This document shows positions 54,665 to 63,727 of a stretch of 64,000 nt of DNA, in pieces (position 1 is the stretch's first letter; each line of letters begins with the position of its first letter). Made by a program: the position numbers and the translations under genes. Origin of the DNA: Candidatus Poribacteria bacterium (GTDB lineage Bacteria > Poribacteria > WGA-4E > WGA-3G); contig JAJDUH010000044.1 in the NCBI GenBank assembly GCA_022826805.1, positions 92,862 through 156,861 of the forward strand, in the 5' to 3' direction. The notes under the pieces were generated by a model. The model worked only from the letters and a program-made list of their open reading frames with translations. It did no database searches and had not been told where the DNA came from.

Positions 54665-54705
54665 TGCGCCGTGAAGGAACCGAACCTTCAACCGCTATTA
54701 ATGTC
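54665..54705 (-). pseudogene. 3' half of a tRNA-Lys copy (no D-arm or 5' acceptor)
   Basis: TGCGCCGTGAAGGAACCGAACCTTCAACCGC matches the 3' 31 nt of the tRNA-Lys gene with one mismatch, and similarity decays into the anticodon loop. Confidence 0.7.
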
Positions 54706-54772
54706 CGTATTCACCTGAACGCCCCTTCCCAGTAACGGGCAGGGTGCCGGGTAGCCCCCGGATACGAATGAA

Positions 54773-54845
54773 GGTGGATGATGGGATTTGAACCCACGAC
54801 CACTTGATCCACAGTCAAGTGCTCTACCCCTGAGCTACATCCACC
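54773..54845 (-). tRNA. tRNA-His (anticodon GTG, encoded G-1)
   Basis: Hand-folded. G-1 plus GTGGATG pairs with CATCCAC, and the anticodon loop is CTGTGGA. Confidence 0.9.
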
Positions 54846-54878
54846 ACATGCTGACGCTGCCTTGAGCCGTATGAAAAG

Positions 54879-54952
<74 letters not shown>

Positions 54953-54981
54953 TTGTGTTAAAAACCTTATTCTGTTTTGAG

Positions 54982-55056
54982 TCGGGGCGAGAGGATTCGA
55001 ACCTCCGACCTTCTGCTCCCAAAGCAGACGCGCTAGCCGGGCTGCGCTACGCCCCG
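54982..55056 (-). tRNA. tRNA-Pro (anticodon TGG)
   Basis: Hand-folded. The acceptor is CGGGGCG/CGCCCCG and the anticodon arm is TCTGC-TTTGGGA-GCAGA. Confidence 0.9.
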
Positions 55057-55166
55057 AAATTTATCTACAGCATACACTTACAAGCAACAGAGCGGTAATT
55101 AAAGACCGCATTTGCAGATTTAATACGTGCCTGCAAGTCACGCTGTCCATCTTTTCCTGTGTCTAA

Positions 55167-55195
55167 ATTATACATCATTTTTTCCGACCTGTCAA
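55167..55195 (-). promoter_or_regulatory. consensus sigma70 promoter for the Pro-Arg-His-Lys-Leu tRNA cluster
   Basis: In minus sense the sequence is TTGACA, a 17-nt spacer, then TATAAT. It lies about 105 nt upstream of tRNA-Pro. Confidence 0.7.
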
Positions 55196-55560
55196 GTTAA
55201 ATATCAAAAATCCTTGTCTTTTTCTTACGACTCATGCTAATATAACCCAAGTTGCTACTTAGAAGATTTTAGGCATATAGGGTTACTTTTTTCACTGGAA
55301 ACGTTGAGGATCCACAGGGTTTTGTAGTATATCCTGTTAGGTTGCGTGCTTAAGATGCACAATGTAAAAGATTGTGCTACAACTCGCAACTTGCGCTAAT
55401 ACAGTGAATCATTAAAATACATAGACTCTTCAATGAACCAAAGACGCGAAAACGCACCTCTCCTCAATGGTGAGGTCCCTTAATCTCGCTCCCTTACACG
55501 ATAACTGTAAGCCATACTACATAATATATACACACATAACTGCAAATCCTGTTCCCAATA

Positions 55561-56460
55561 ATGCTTACACCACAATTCCTGAAACAACTTGACCCCTTCC
55601 ACATCGGCGCGAAACACTCGTTTCGAGGAAAATTCAGAGGTGAACGGCGAAGTCTCAACCGTGGCACAGGTATGGAATTTGCCGATTATCGGGCTTATGA
55701 ACCTGGAGACGACCTACGGTATGTCGATTGGAACATTTATGCACGCTTAGGCAAACTATTTATCAAACTCCATCATACCGATGAGAATCTGCCACTTGCA
55801 CTCCTCCTCGACAGCAGCCGATCTATGGAATTCGGAACACCCACCAAGTTGACATGTGCGAAGCAGATTGTAGCTGCACTCGGTTACATAGCTTTAGCAC
55901 ACGCCGACAGTGTCGCAATTTACACCTGTACCGAACGCCTCTCGGTAGCACTGCCGCCCACGTCAGGCAAATCACAATTCTCAAGGCTCACAAAAGCAAT
56001 CACCGCAATTGCAGCAGATGGACAAACACGATTGACGGAGTGCCTCAAGCAACTCCCGATGTATCAACGGTCCCCTGGAATGGTTGTCATCCTTTCGGAT
56101 TTTTTGGACCCAGACAGTTACGCAGCAGACTTCAAATCACTCTTAGGACGCGGATTCTTAATCACAGCCATACATCTGGTGAGCCAAGAAGAAATAGATC
56201 CACAAGCACACATGGAAAACGTGGCTACAGGCAGTGATTGGTTGGTCGAAGACGCTGAAACCGGTGAAACAAGAGCCATTACACTTAATACCGAAATCCT
56301 AACGCAATACCAAGCGCAACAGCAAACTTTCTGTGCCGACTTGCAACGCTTCTGTATCGATCAAGGTATTGGTTACGCCCAATTAAAAAATAATAGTCCT
56401 ATAGAACCCTTTGTTTTACAGGAGTTGTACAGGACAGGCTTGATTCAGAGAAACCGATAA
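55561..56460 (+). CDS. DUF58 (vWA-like) domain protein
   Basis: The motif G.EFADYRAYEPGDDLRYVDWN is typical of DUF58. No MoxR ATPase gene is adjacent in this window. Confidence 0.8.
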   Translation: MLTPQFLKQLDPFHIGAKHSFRGKFRGERRSLNRGTGMEFADYRAYEPGDDLRYVDWNIYARLGKLFIKLHHTDENLPLALLLDSSRSMEFGTPTKLTCAKQIVAALGYIALAHADSVAIYTCTERLSVALPPTSGKSQFSRLTKAITAIAADGQTRLTECLKQLPMYQRSPGMVVILSDFLDPDSYAADFKSLLGRGFLITAIHLVSQEEIDPQAHMENVATGSDWLVEDAETGETRAITLNTEILTQYQAQQQTFCADLQRFCIDQGIGYAQLKNNSPIEPFVLQELYRTGLIQRNR

Positions 56461-56495
56461 CGAATCCTATCTAAGAAAAACAAGGAGGCAGTTCA

Positions 56496-57062
56496 ATGAC
56501 TACACAGACGTCAGAACCAGATTTATCGCTCACTCAAGGCGACATCACGAAAGCACAGGTTGACGCTATCGTGAATGCAGCAAATAGCGAACTCATCGGT
56601 GGAGGCGGTGTGGATGGAGCAATACGCCGCGCTGGTGGTGACGAAATCGAGCAAGCTTGTGGGGAAATTCGTAGGCGTGAAGGCGGCTGTCCGACAGGTA
56701 AGGCAGTTATCACACCGGGTGGTAATCTCCACGCGAAATATGTTATTCATACAGTCGGCCCGGTGTGGGAAGGCGGCAATTCAGGTGAACCAGAATTGCT
56801 TGCGAGTTGTTATCAAGAGAGCCTTCGACTCGCTGCAGACAACAGTATTCAGAGCATCGCTTTTCCTTCTATTAGCACCGGTATCTACGGATACCCAATA
56901 GAAAAAGCAGCAGTCGTTGCTCTGACAGCGGTAAAAGATTTTATCAAAGAGAACAATGTCGCGCCAAAAAAGATCCAGTTTGTCCTGTTTGATGAAGCAA
57001 CCCACAAGCACTATATGGACGCTTTGTCCGCCGTTTTCCTGAAATCGGAAACAACACATTAG
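56496..57062 (+). CDS. macro domain protein (O-acetyl-ADP-ribose deacetylase, YmdB-like)
   Basis: Macro-domain motifs are present (GDIT...VDAIVNAAN..L.GGGGVDGAI..AGG and SIAFP.ISTGIYGYP). Confidence 0.88.
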   Translation: MTTQTSEPDLSLTQGDITKAQVDAIVNAANSELIGGGGVDGAIRRAGGDEIEQACGEIRRREGGCPTGKAVITPGGNLHAKYVIHTVGPVWEGGNSGEPELLASCYQESLRLAADNSIQSIAFPSISTGIYGYPIEKAAVVALTAVKDFIKENNVAPKKIQFVLFDEATHKHYMDALSAVFLKSETTH

Positions 57063-57092
57063 GAAGCCAGTGGTGCTGAAAGTCATCCAAAA

Positions 57093-58271
57093 TTGAACAA
57101 CCCTAAATTTAGCCGAGTCTCGTTGATTCTTCCGATCTATATTCCAGCATTTTTGTTGGCGATAGGTGGGGGCATCGTTTCACCAACGCTCTCAATTTAC
57201 GTTAAATCGTTTGAGTTATCCTATACCTTGACAACGGTTGTTCTTGCTGTCGGTGTACTTGGAAATATCCCAGCGGGTATCTTGGTGGAACGGCTGGGTC
57301 GCAAACTGTCGATGTTGCTCGGTTTGGTAATGATAGGGATATCAACCGTTGGCATGGGCACAGCGACGCATTTCTTTCAACTGATCGTGTCACAATTATT
57401 CGGCGGTATTGGAATGGCGTTGTGGATGCTCGCTCGGCATGCGTATATGACAGATGTCATTCCCATCGCAAATCGTGGGAGAGCAATTGCCCTCTTCGGC
57501 GGTGTAAATCGGATGGGCACCTTCGTCGGTCAGTTCTGCTCTATCTTCCTCGGTGTGAACCTCCGCCTTCCCTTCTTTATTTATACAGGTATTTTGGTGT
57601 TGAACTTTGTCCTCTGTCTGTTTTTTATTCCAGAAACACGTCGCACCATACATCAAACCACCGATAAGAAGGTGCCGTATCTTAAACAACTGATCCAGAT
57701 ATCGCGTCAACATGCGCGGCTCCTCGCTACTGCTGGAGTAGGGCAGGTGTGTGTACAGACGCTACGCCGCGGTTGTAATATCATTATTCCGCTCTATGCC
57801 GACGAGGTCGTTGGATTAACAACACAGCAAGTGCGATCAGTGGTTATGATTTCCTCGGCGGTAGATATGTCAATGTTCCCGATCGCAGGCTACATGATGG
57901 ATCGATTTGGTCGCAGATATGCGACAGTACCGGGTGTTTGCATTTTTGCCACTGGCATGGTATTGATGTCGTTTACAGGCACATTTACATGGTTGCTGCT
58001 CACAACGACCTTCATGAAAATGGGCAATGGTATCGCTTCAGGTACAATGATGACGCTTGGAGCAGACCTCGCGCCGCGCGAGGGAACAGGGGAATTCTTA
58101 GGCTTGTGGAGACTCACGGGAGATTTCGGTGGTTCCGCGGGACCGGTTATCGTCGGTAATCTTGCCGATTTGTTCGGCTTGAGCTATTCCGGCTTCGCAT
58201 TAGGAGGTATCGGCTACCTCGCAGTGGGTATTTTTCTGTGGTTAGTGCCAGAAACCCTTAAAAAAGAATAA
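57093..58271 (+). CDS. MFS transporter
   Basis: The 392-aa ORF has a TTG start, about 12 hydrophobic segments, and an MFS-like loop (VERLGRK). Confidence 0.8.
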   Translation: MNNPKFSRVSLILPIYIPAFLLAIGGGIVSPTLSIYVKSFELSYTLTTVVLAVGVLGNIPAGILVERLGRKLSMLLGLVMIGISTVGMGTATHFFQLIVSQLFGGIGMALWMLARHAYMTDVIPIANRGRAIALFGGVNRMGTFVGQFCSIFLGVNLRLPFFIYTGILVLNFVLCLFFIPETRRTIHQTTDKKVPYLKQLIQISRQHARLLATAGVGQVCVQTLRRGCNIIIPLYADEVVGLTTQQVRSVVMISSAVDMSMFPIAGYMMDRFGRRYATVPGVCIFATGMVLMSFTGTFTWLLLTTTFMKMGNGIASGTMMTLGADLAPREGTGEFLGLWRLTGDFGGSAGPVIVGNLADLFGLSYSGFALGGIGYLAVGIFLWLVPETLKKE

Positions 58272-58328
58272 AGCATGTAGATATGTTTGAAAAACAAATC
58301 TGCATGCTTCAAGTGTCCTTGCTACAGA

Positions 58329-58413
58329 TGCCGGGAAAGGGGCTCGAACCCTTACGCGCGTAATGCACACTAGACCCTGAACCTAGCCTGTCTACCAATT
58401 CCAGCATCCCGGC
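58329..58413 (-). tRNA. tRNA-Leu (anticodon CAG)
   Basis: Hand-folded. The acceptor is GCCGGGA/TCCCGGC, the anticodon arm is CTAGG-TTCAGGG-TCTAG, a long variable arm is present, and the T-arm is AAGGG-TTCGAGC-CCCTT. Confidence 0.9.
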
Positions 58414-58602
58414 GAGCAATTATAGTATACTCTAATTCTCGGTCCTTGTCAAATTAAATTCCGAGGCGCAGACGAGCAGAAATCAGGTTAAACCTATAAT
58501 GCTCTTGGCAAGTCTAACACAATTACACAGTAATCACATTTCTGCCAGTGGGGCGAATCCGTGGTTACGACTCCCCACCTAATACAAAAGGACGGCAAAC
58601 CC

Positions 58603-59349
58603 ATGGAAACAAAATTATTTTTCTGCATTGTCCTGGTACTAAGCCTTACTATCAGTTACACGCACGCCGAGATTGACCCAGACAGAATCGTTGGTATTTG
58701 GTTACTCGATGAAGGCAAGGGCGATATCGCTGAAGACGCTTCTGAAAACGGACGTGAAGGTGCGATTACACAAGGTAAATGGGAAGAAGGTAAGTTTGAT
58801 GGTGCCCTTGAAATCAAGAAAGGTGGAACTGTCACCATTCCGCTGGGTAAAGGCATTATTGAAGATAAGGTGACTTTCACCCTTTGGCTACAGTTTACCG
58901 ACATCGGCGGTCAGCAGAACTATTTCTCTATATGGGATCAGAGCAACAACCGCTATGTGCCTTATAAAAACGGTGGAAATCTCCTCCGCAGCTGGACGAA
59001 TACTTGGGACATCGCCAGCGGCGTGACCGTCAAGGATGGGACATGGTATCACGTTGCTAACGTCTACAGCGGAGAAAGCTGTAGTATCTATATTGATGGT
59101 GAAGAAAAAGTTTCACAAAAGGTCCCGAAGTTTCAACTCCAAGACCAAGATCAGACCGCATGGCTCGCCACTGATAGAGGCACCGGTTTCCTCTCCGCCG
59201 TTATTATGGATGAGGTCGGACTCTTTAACGATGCGCTCACTGAAGATGAAATTCAGGGTATTATGAAGGACGGCATCTATCATACCGCTTTTGCTGTGGA
59301 ACCGTCGGATAAACTCTCTGTCCTTTGGGGAAAACTGAAGGCGTGGTAA
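58603..59349 (+). CDS. secreted LamG-like (concanavalin A-like lectin) domain protein
   Basis: A signal peptide follows the ATG at 58603. The pattern FTLWLQF...WYHVANVY....IYIDGE......LFNDALTEDEI is typical of Laminin_G_3. Confidence 0.75.
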   Translation: METKLFFCIVLVLSLTISYTHAEIDPDRIVGIWLLDEGKGDIAEDASENGREGAITQGKWEEGKFDGALEIKKGGTVTIPLGKGIIEDKVTFTLWLQFTDIGGQQNYFSIWDQSNNRYVPYKNGGNLLRSWTNTWDIASGVTVKDGTWYHVANVYSGESCSIYIDGEEKVSQKVPKFQLQDQDQTAWLATDRGTGFLSAVIMDEVGLFNDALTEDEIQGIMKDGIYHTAFAVEPSDKLSVLWGKLKAW

Positions 59350-59410
59350 CAATTGTGAGGTCCCCATGTTTGTCTCACGTGGGGACCTCTCTTTGCAAAC
59401 GGAACAATTG

Positions 59411-59896
59411 ATGAAATATTTCGCCTACGGCTCCAATATGAACTTCTCGCACATGCAAGAGCGATGCCCCGGTATCACTCGTATAGGGAAGTTCCTCCTC
59501 GAAGGTTTCCGTCTCGTTTTCAACTATCACGCCGATATTATTCCTGAGGACGGATGTTTCGTTCACGGTGGACTCTGGCAAATCACAAGAGACCACGAAA
59601 AAGCACTTGATAGTTACGAAGGCTACCCAGACTACTACGGGAAATATTACCAAGACGATCTCATGTTTTACAGGATGGCAAAAGCGTACACGAACCCAGA
59701 ACCTCCCGCAAAATGGTATCTGCAAATGGTTGTTCAAGGCTACCACTATTTTGGGCTAACACAAGAAGACTTTGAAGAGAGCCTTGGTGTCGAACAACTT
59801 GGATTAACGCAGACAGCACTGCAAAAGAGCCTCGGTGTGTCAATGGCTGAATTAAAGTATATGTTTTCCAGTGCCACGCCCACTTGTACCGATTAG
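59411..59896 (+). CDS. gamma-glutamylcyclotransferase (AIG2/GGCT-like) family protein
   Basis: MKYFAYGSNM....M..RCP and ...LD.YEGYP..Y are typical of the family. The start was set at the ATG at 59411. Confidence 0.8.
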   Translation: MKYFAYGSNMNFSHMQERCPGITRIGKFLLEGFRLVFNYHADIIPEDGCFVHGGLWQITRDHEKALDSYEGYPDYYGKYYQDDLMFYRMAKAYTNPEPPAKWYLQMVVQGYHYFGLTQEDFEESLGVEQLGLTQTALQKSLGVSMAELKYMFSSATPTCTD

Positions 59897-60156
59897 CACC
59901 TTCCATCATCTCAGATGTCGTAGGTTGGGTTGAACAGTGTTGAAAAGCAAGTGCCGAACCGCCAAAATATATCAAGTCTAACATACCCGTGTATACACCC
60001 AAGAAACCAGTGAAACCCAACACGCTTGGCGTGAAACGCTGGAAATTGGCATTAAGTTTGCGTTGGGTTTCGCTATAGTTTCCTTGATTTCTATGAAGGT
60101 GTAGGGTGCCGAAGTGTACTTGGCGGTATCAATATGGCTTTTCTGGGTTCTGCTCA

Positions 60157-60195
60157 ACCCCGGTGAATGCCCTAAGGCATTCATACCGTTGATTT
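60157..60195 (-). repeat. H-family element, copy H6 (single hairpin unit)
   Basis: The reverse complement reads AAATCAACGGTAT-GAATGCC-ttag-GGCATTC-ACCGGGG. Confidence 0.75.
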
Positions 60196-60234
60196 CCTAC
60201 ACTGCTTTAGACATTAAAGGTGCTGATAACCATT

Positions 60235-60306
60235 GGATCGGTGCGGCATGTAAAGCTAAGACAAATTGTGCTTTAATAGCACAATTTCAAACCGCACCTA
60301 CTGGTG
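60235..60306 (+). repeat. B-family (GTAGG-stem) palindromic element, copy B2
   Basis: The outer stem is GGTGCGG...CCGCACC and the inner perfect hairpin is AAATTGTGC-tttaat-a-GCACAATTT. It lies 18 nt from the sulfatase stop. Confidence 0.8.
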
Positions 60307-60323
60307 AAGCGCGTAAGTCCTAT

Positions 60324-62054
60324 TCAGATGACCCGCTTCACATAGACGTAATACGCCCCGATTGACAATTCGCCAGTTTCGTCGGCGAACTCGGTATGCA
60401 TCCGCGTTTGACCCGCGGTGAGATCAAATGTAAAGGTCACACCTTTCGCATCCGGCGCAATCGCTTGCGTCGCAGATTGGTTACCAACCCGGATCTGTGC
60501 CTTCTTTAAGTCCAACGCCTTGCCACCGTTGTAGAGATCAATGTGTTCACCGGGTATGCCGTCTGTTATCGCTCTATCCTCTGCGTAGGGCCAGCGTCGC
60601 AATTCAAAACTGTACGCCCCATCTTCGGGAATCTCAATCGCCCAATACCCGTTACATTCCATCCCGCGACGGATCATCCCTTGACTCCACGCGTGTGCCT
60701 CCCCGTGCCAATCGTGTGTTGTGATACACGTAACAGGTTCATTCTGGGTCCCGATTACAATCGGACAGTCCTCATCAAACCGCTCTGAAACCAGTTTCCA
60801 CCACGCTTCATAATGCTCGCGGAGTTCGGCTACCACTCCTGGATGCCCGTCGGCTACATCACGCTGTTGACCGGGATCCGCTTGTATATCGTAAAGTTCA
60901 GTGCCGTTGATGAGCCGCCACCGTTGCGACATTGTTGCACTGTCTTTCCACTTGATCGGATTTTCAACGCGCTGTGAATCGGTGACGATAACCCGTTCTT
61001 CCCATGCCTCCGTTTCATTTTTCAGCAACGGGACAATACTGGTTCCGTGGAAATTCGCACTTGAGGAGACTTCGAGATCACAAAGATCAATCAGCGTTGG
61101 AAGTAGATCGATGTTTGCGGTGAGTTCATGCACCTCATGTTTTTCAGTGAAACCTCCATCGGGCCAATGCATAAAGAGTGGCACGCGATGCCCACCTTCA
61201 TAAGGCGACCCTTTTCTACCGCGCATTCCGGCGTTGTAACCCGCTGTGACAAACTGCTGGACATCCAGATCGCATCCCATTGCAGAGCCGTTATCGGTCA
61301 TGAAGATAAGAATTGTGTTCTCTTCAATCCCTAAGACTCGGAGGTGGTGCCGCAGCCGCGCCATATTGTCGTCGATATTGGTTACCATACCCCAGAAATT
61401 CGCACGTTCCCCTTGCACGCCCTTCCTTCGGTATACCTCACTGTAGTCATCGGGAACGCGGAAGGGCCCGTGGGGCGCATTTGTGGCGAGATAGCAGAAA
61501 AACGGGCGGTTCTGATCGCCATCAACCTGTCTCTCAATAAACGCCATTGCCTCCTGAAACCAGACATCCGTGCAGTAACCATCGAACGGTTGTTCGGAAC
61601 CGTTGCGAAAATAGGTATCATCAAAATAGTCGTTGCCCCAATAGTCCGGGGTTTGACTGATACCGCCACCACCGTGATAGAGTGCCTCATCAAAGCCTCT
61701 ATCGTGTGGACGGAACGGGTAGTTGTCGCCGAGGTGCCACTTGCCGAACATACCGGTTTTATAACCGTTGCGCCGGAAGATATCTGCCATCGTGACCTCA
61801 TCGCTGCGGAGAAGCGAACGTCCACCAATGGTATGCCACACACCCGTAGAGTTGCAGTAGTGCCCCGTCATTATACCCGCACGTGTCGGGGAACAAGTGG
61901 GTCCCACGTGTAGATTTTGCAGTTGGACGCTCTCCGCGGCGAGGGCGTCCAGATTCGGTGTATTGATAACGGGATTTCCGGTACTTCCCAAATCGCCGTA
62001 ACCTTGGTCATCGGTGATAACAAAGACGAGGTTTGGTGTCGTCTGTTCTGCCAC
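60324..62054 (-). CDS. arylsulfatase (formylglycine-dependent sulfatase family), no obvious signal peptide
   Basis: The N-terminus is PNLVFVITDDQGYGDLG, and the CSPTR formylglycine motif is followed by AGIMTG. The protein is 576 aa. Confidence 0.88.
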   Translation of the reverse strand: MAEQTTPNLVFVITDDQGYGDLGSTGNPVINTPNLDALAAESVQLQNLHVGPTCSPTRAGIMTGHYCNSTGVWHTIGGRSLLRSDEVTMADIFRRNGYKTGMFGKWHLGDNYPFRPHDRGFDEALYHGGGGISQTPDYWGNDYFDDTYFRNGSEQPFDGYCTDVWFQEAMAFIERQVDGDQNRPFFCYLATNAPHGPFRVPDDYSEVYRRKGVQGERANFWGMVTNIDDNMARLRHHLRVLGIEENTILIFMTDNGSAMGCDLDVQQFVTAGYNAGMRGRKGSPYEGGHRVPLFMHWPDGGFTEKHEVHELTANIDLLPTLIDLCDLEVSSSANFHGTSIVPLLKNETEAWEERVIVTDSQRVENPIKWKDSATMSQRWRLINGTELYDIQADPGQQRDVADGHPGVVAELREHYEAWWKLVSERFDEDCPIVIGTQNEPVTCITTHDWHGEAHAWSQGMIRRGMECNGYWAIEIPEDGAYSFELRRWPYAEDRAITDGIPGEHIDLYNGGKALDLKKAQIRVGNQSATQAIAPDAKGVTFTFDLTAGQTRMHTEFADETGELSIGAYYVYVKRVI

Positions 62055-62126
62055 GATTCTATCTCCTTTATCGTTTGATCGTCTATTTAATGTAAGAGGT
62101 GCAATGAATTGCGGACTACAAGGTGG

Positions 62127-62321
62127 TTAGCGTAAAACGCCCTGTGCTTTCAATCGAGAAATTAATTCGGCTTGTGTGCCTTGCCCTTTTGTGGAGTTGC
62201 AGGCACCGCAGAGGAGTTGTAGGTTGTCCTCGTGATGGGTGTTTGGTTGTCGGTTTTGCGTTATGGGTTGTTGGGTTTCGCTGCGCTCTACCCAACCTAC
62301 AGATTTCCACAGAATGTCCAA
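62127..62321 (-). pseudogene. remnant of an HNH endonuclease C-terminus fused to palindromic-repeat sequence
   Basis: Only the last 36 or so codons look genuine (HHEDNLQLLCGACNSTKGQGTQAELISRLK). The upstream part translates the GTTGGGTTTCGCTGCGCTCTACCCAAC palindrome. Confidence 0.5.
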
Positions 62322-62476
62322 GAGGCAATGAATTGTGCAACTACAAACGAAGATATTCTTAAAATCGGCGTAGTCTGCGTAATCCGCGATTCAGACAATG
62401 GCGGGGCACAGAAACCCCGCCTCTACAATAAGGCAAAAGTTGGGTTTACAAAATCCTCCTACAAGAAAGCATCATA

Positions 62477-63664
62477 CTATTGCAACGCCTTTTTGATGCG
62501 ATCCAATCCGCGATTAATCTCCTCTAACGAAGTCGCGAAGGAGAGACGCAAATGGTTATCTGCTCCGAACCCGTCTCCCGGCACAACGCCAACCCCCGCC
62601 GAATTGAGCAGGTAATCGGTCATATCCATTGAATTTTTGATTTTGTTCCCATCAAGCGTTCTACCGTAGTGCCCAGAAAAATCGGGGAAAATATAAAACG
62701 CACCCTGCGGTCTGGCATAACTAATTCCCTCGATCTCATCAAAACGTTGACAGATGACATCCCGGCGTTCTTCAAATGCTTTACGCATCTCTTCGACAGC
62801 ATCCTGTGGTTCATTGAGTGCGACGACAGCGGCTTTCTGTGCAATCGAGGTCGGATTTGAAGTGCTGTGCGATTGGATACGCGACATCGCCGAAACAGCG
62901 TCTTCGGGACCCGCGGTATACCCAATCCGCCATCCTGTCATCGAGTAGGCTTTAGACATCCCGTTGACAACAAAGGTAATCGATTTCGTCTCTTCGTTGA
63001 AGGAAGCTGGACTCTGATGTGTTGCACCATCGTAGAGCAACGCCTCATAAATTTCATCGGAGATGAGATAGACCTGGTGTTTGACGGCAAGATCTGCAAT
63101 CGCTTTGAGTGTATCCGGATCATACGTAGTGCCGGTGGGATTACTTGGACTGTTAACGAGAATCGCTTTCGTCTTTGAAGTGATAGCGGCTTCAACTTGA
63201 TCGGGTGCCATGCAGAAGTTTTGTACAGGCGTTGTCTCAATGACGCGGGGGACTGCCCCGGCGAGTTTGACCTGCTCTGGATAACTCACCCAATACGGCG
63301 CAGCGAAGATGACCTCGTCGCCTGGGTCACAGATCGCTTGGAAGATGTTATAGATCGTGTGTTTGGCACCGCATGAGACGATAACTTCGGAGGGTTCATA
63401 ACTCAATCCGTTGTCCCGTTTGAATTTCTCTGTGATTGCTTCACGGAGTTCAGGGGTGCCGGGGACAGGGGTGTATTTTGTAAAACCTGCATTGAGTGCC
63501 TCAATTGCAGCATCTTTGATGTAATCGGGTGTATCGAAATCGGGTTCGCCTGCCCCGAATTTGACGATATCTACGCCATCTGCGATCAAGGCGTTAATTT
63601 TGGCGGTGATCGCTAAGGTAGATGATGGTGTTACGCTTTGACTTCGTTGTGATAATGAGATCAT
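62477..63664 (-). CDS. PLP-dependent aminotransferase class I (aspartate aminotransferase-like)
   Basis: The protein is 395 aa. It shows FGAGEPDFDTP, the PLP lysine context NGMSKAYSMTGWRIGY, and LRLSFA. Confidence 0.88.
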   Translation of the reverse strand: MISLSQRSQSVTPSSTLAITAKINALIADGVDIVKFGAGEPDFDTPDYIKDAAIEALNAGFTKYTPVPGTPELREAITEKFKRDNGLSYEPSEVIVSCGAKHTIYNIFQAICDPGDEVIFAAPYWVSYPEQVKLAGAVPRVIETTPVQNFCMAPDQVEAAITSKTKAILVNSPSNPTGTTYDPDTLKAIADLAVKHQVYLISDEIYEALLYDGATHQSPASFNEETKSITFVVNGMSKAYSMTGWRIGYTAGPEDAVSAMSRIQSHSTSNPTSIAQKAAVVALNEPQDAVEEMRKAFEERRDVICQRFDEIEGISYARPQGAFYIFPDFSGHYGRTLDGNKIKNSMDMTDYLLNSAGVGVVPGDGFGADNHLRLSFATSLEEINRGLDRIKKALQ

Positions 63665-63727
63665 TCGTTCTCCTTAAATTCTTTTGAATATGAACAACAA
63701 TAGCTTAAGTTTCTGCCAAGAGCAAAT

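Noticed and set aside
62232-62615. A 127-aa plus-strand ORF lies here, with small ORFs at 62116-62340 and 62123-62362.
   Set aside because: They translate palindromic repeat sequence and the antisense of the aminotransferase 3' end. Only the short HNH-like C-terminal stretch on the minus strand looks like former coding sequence.
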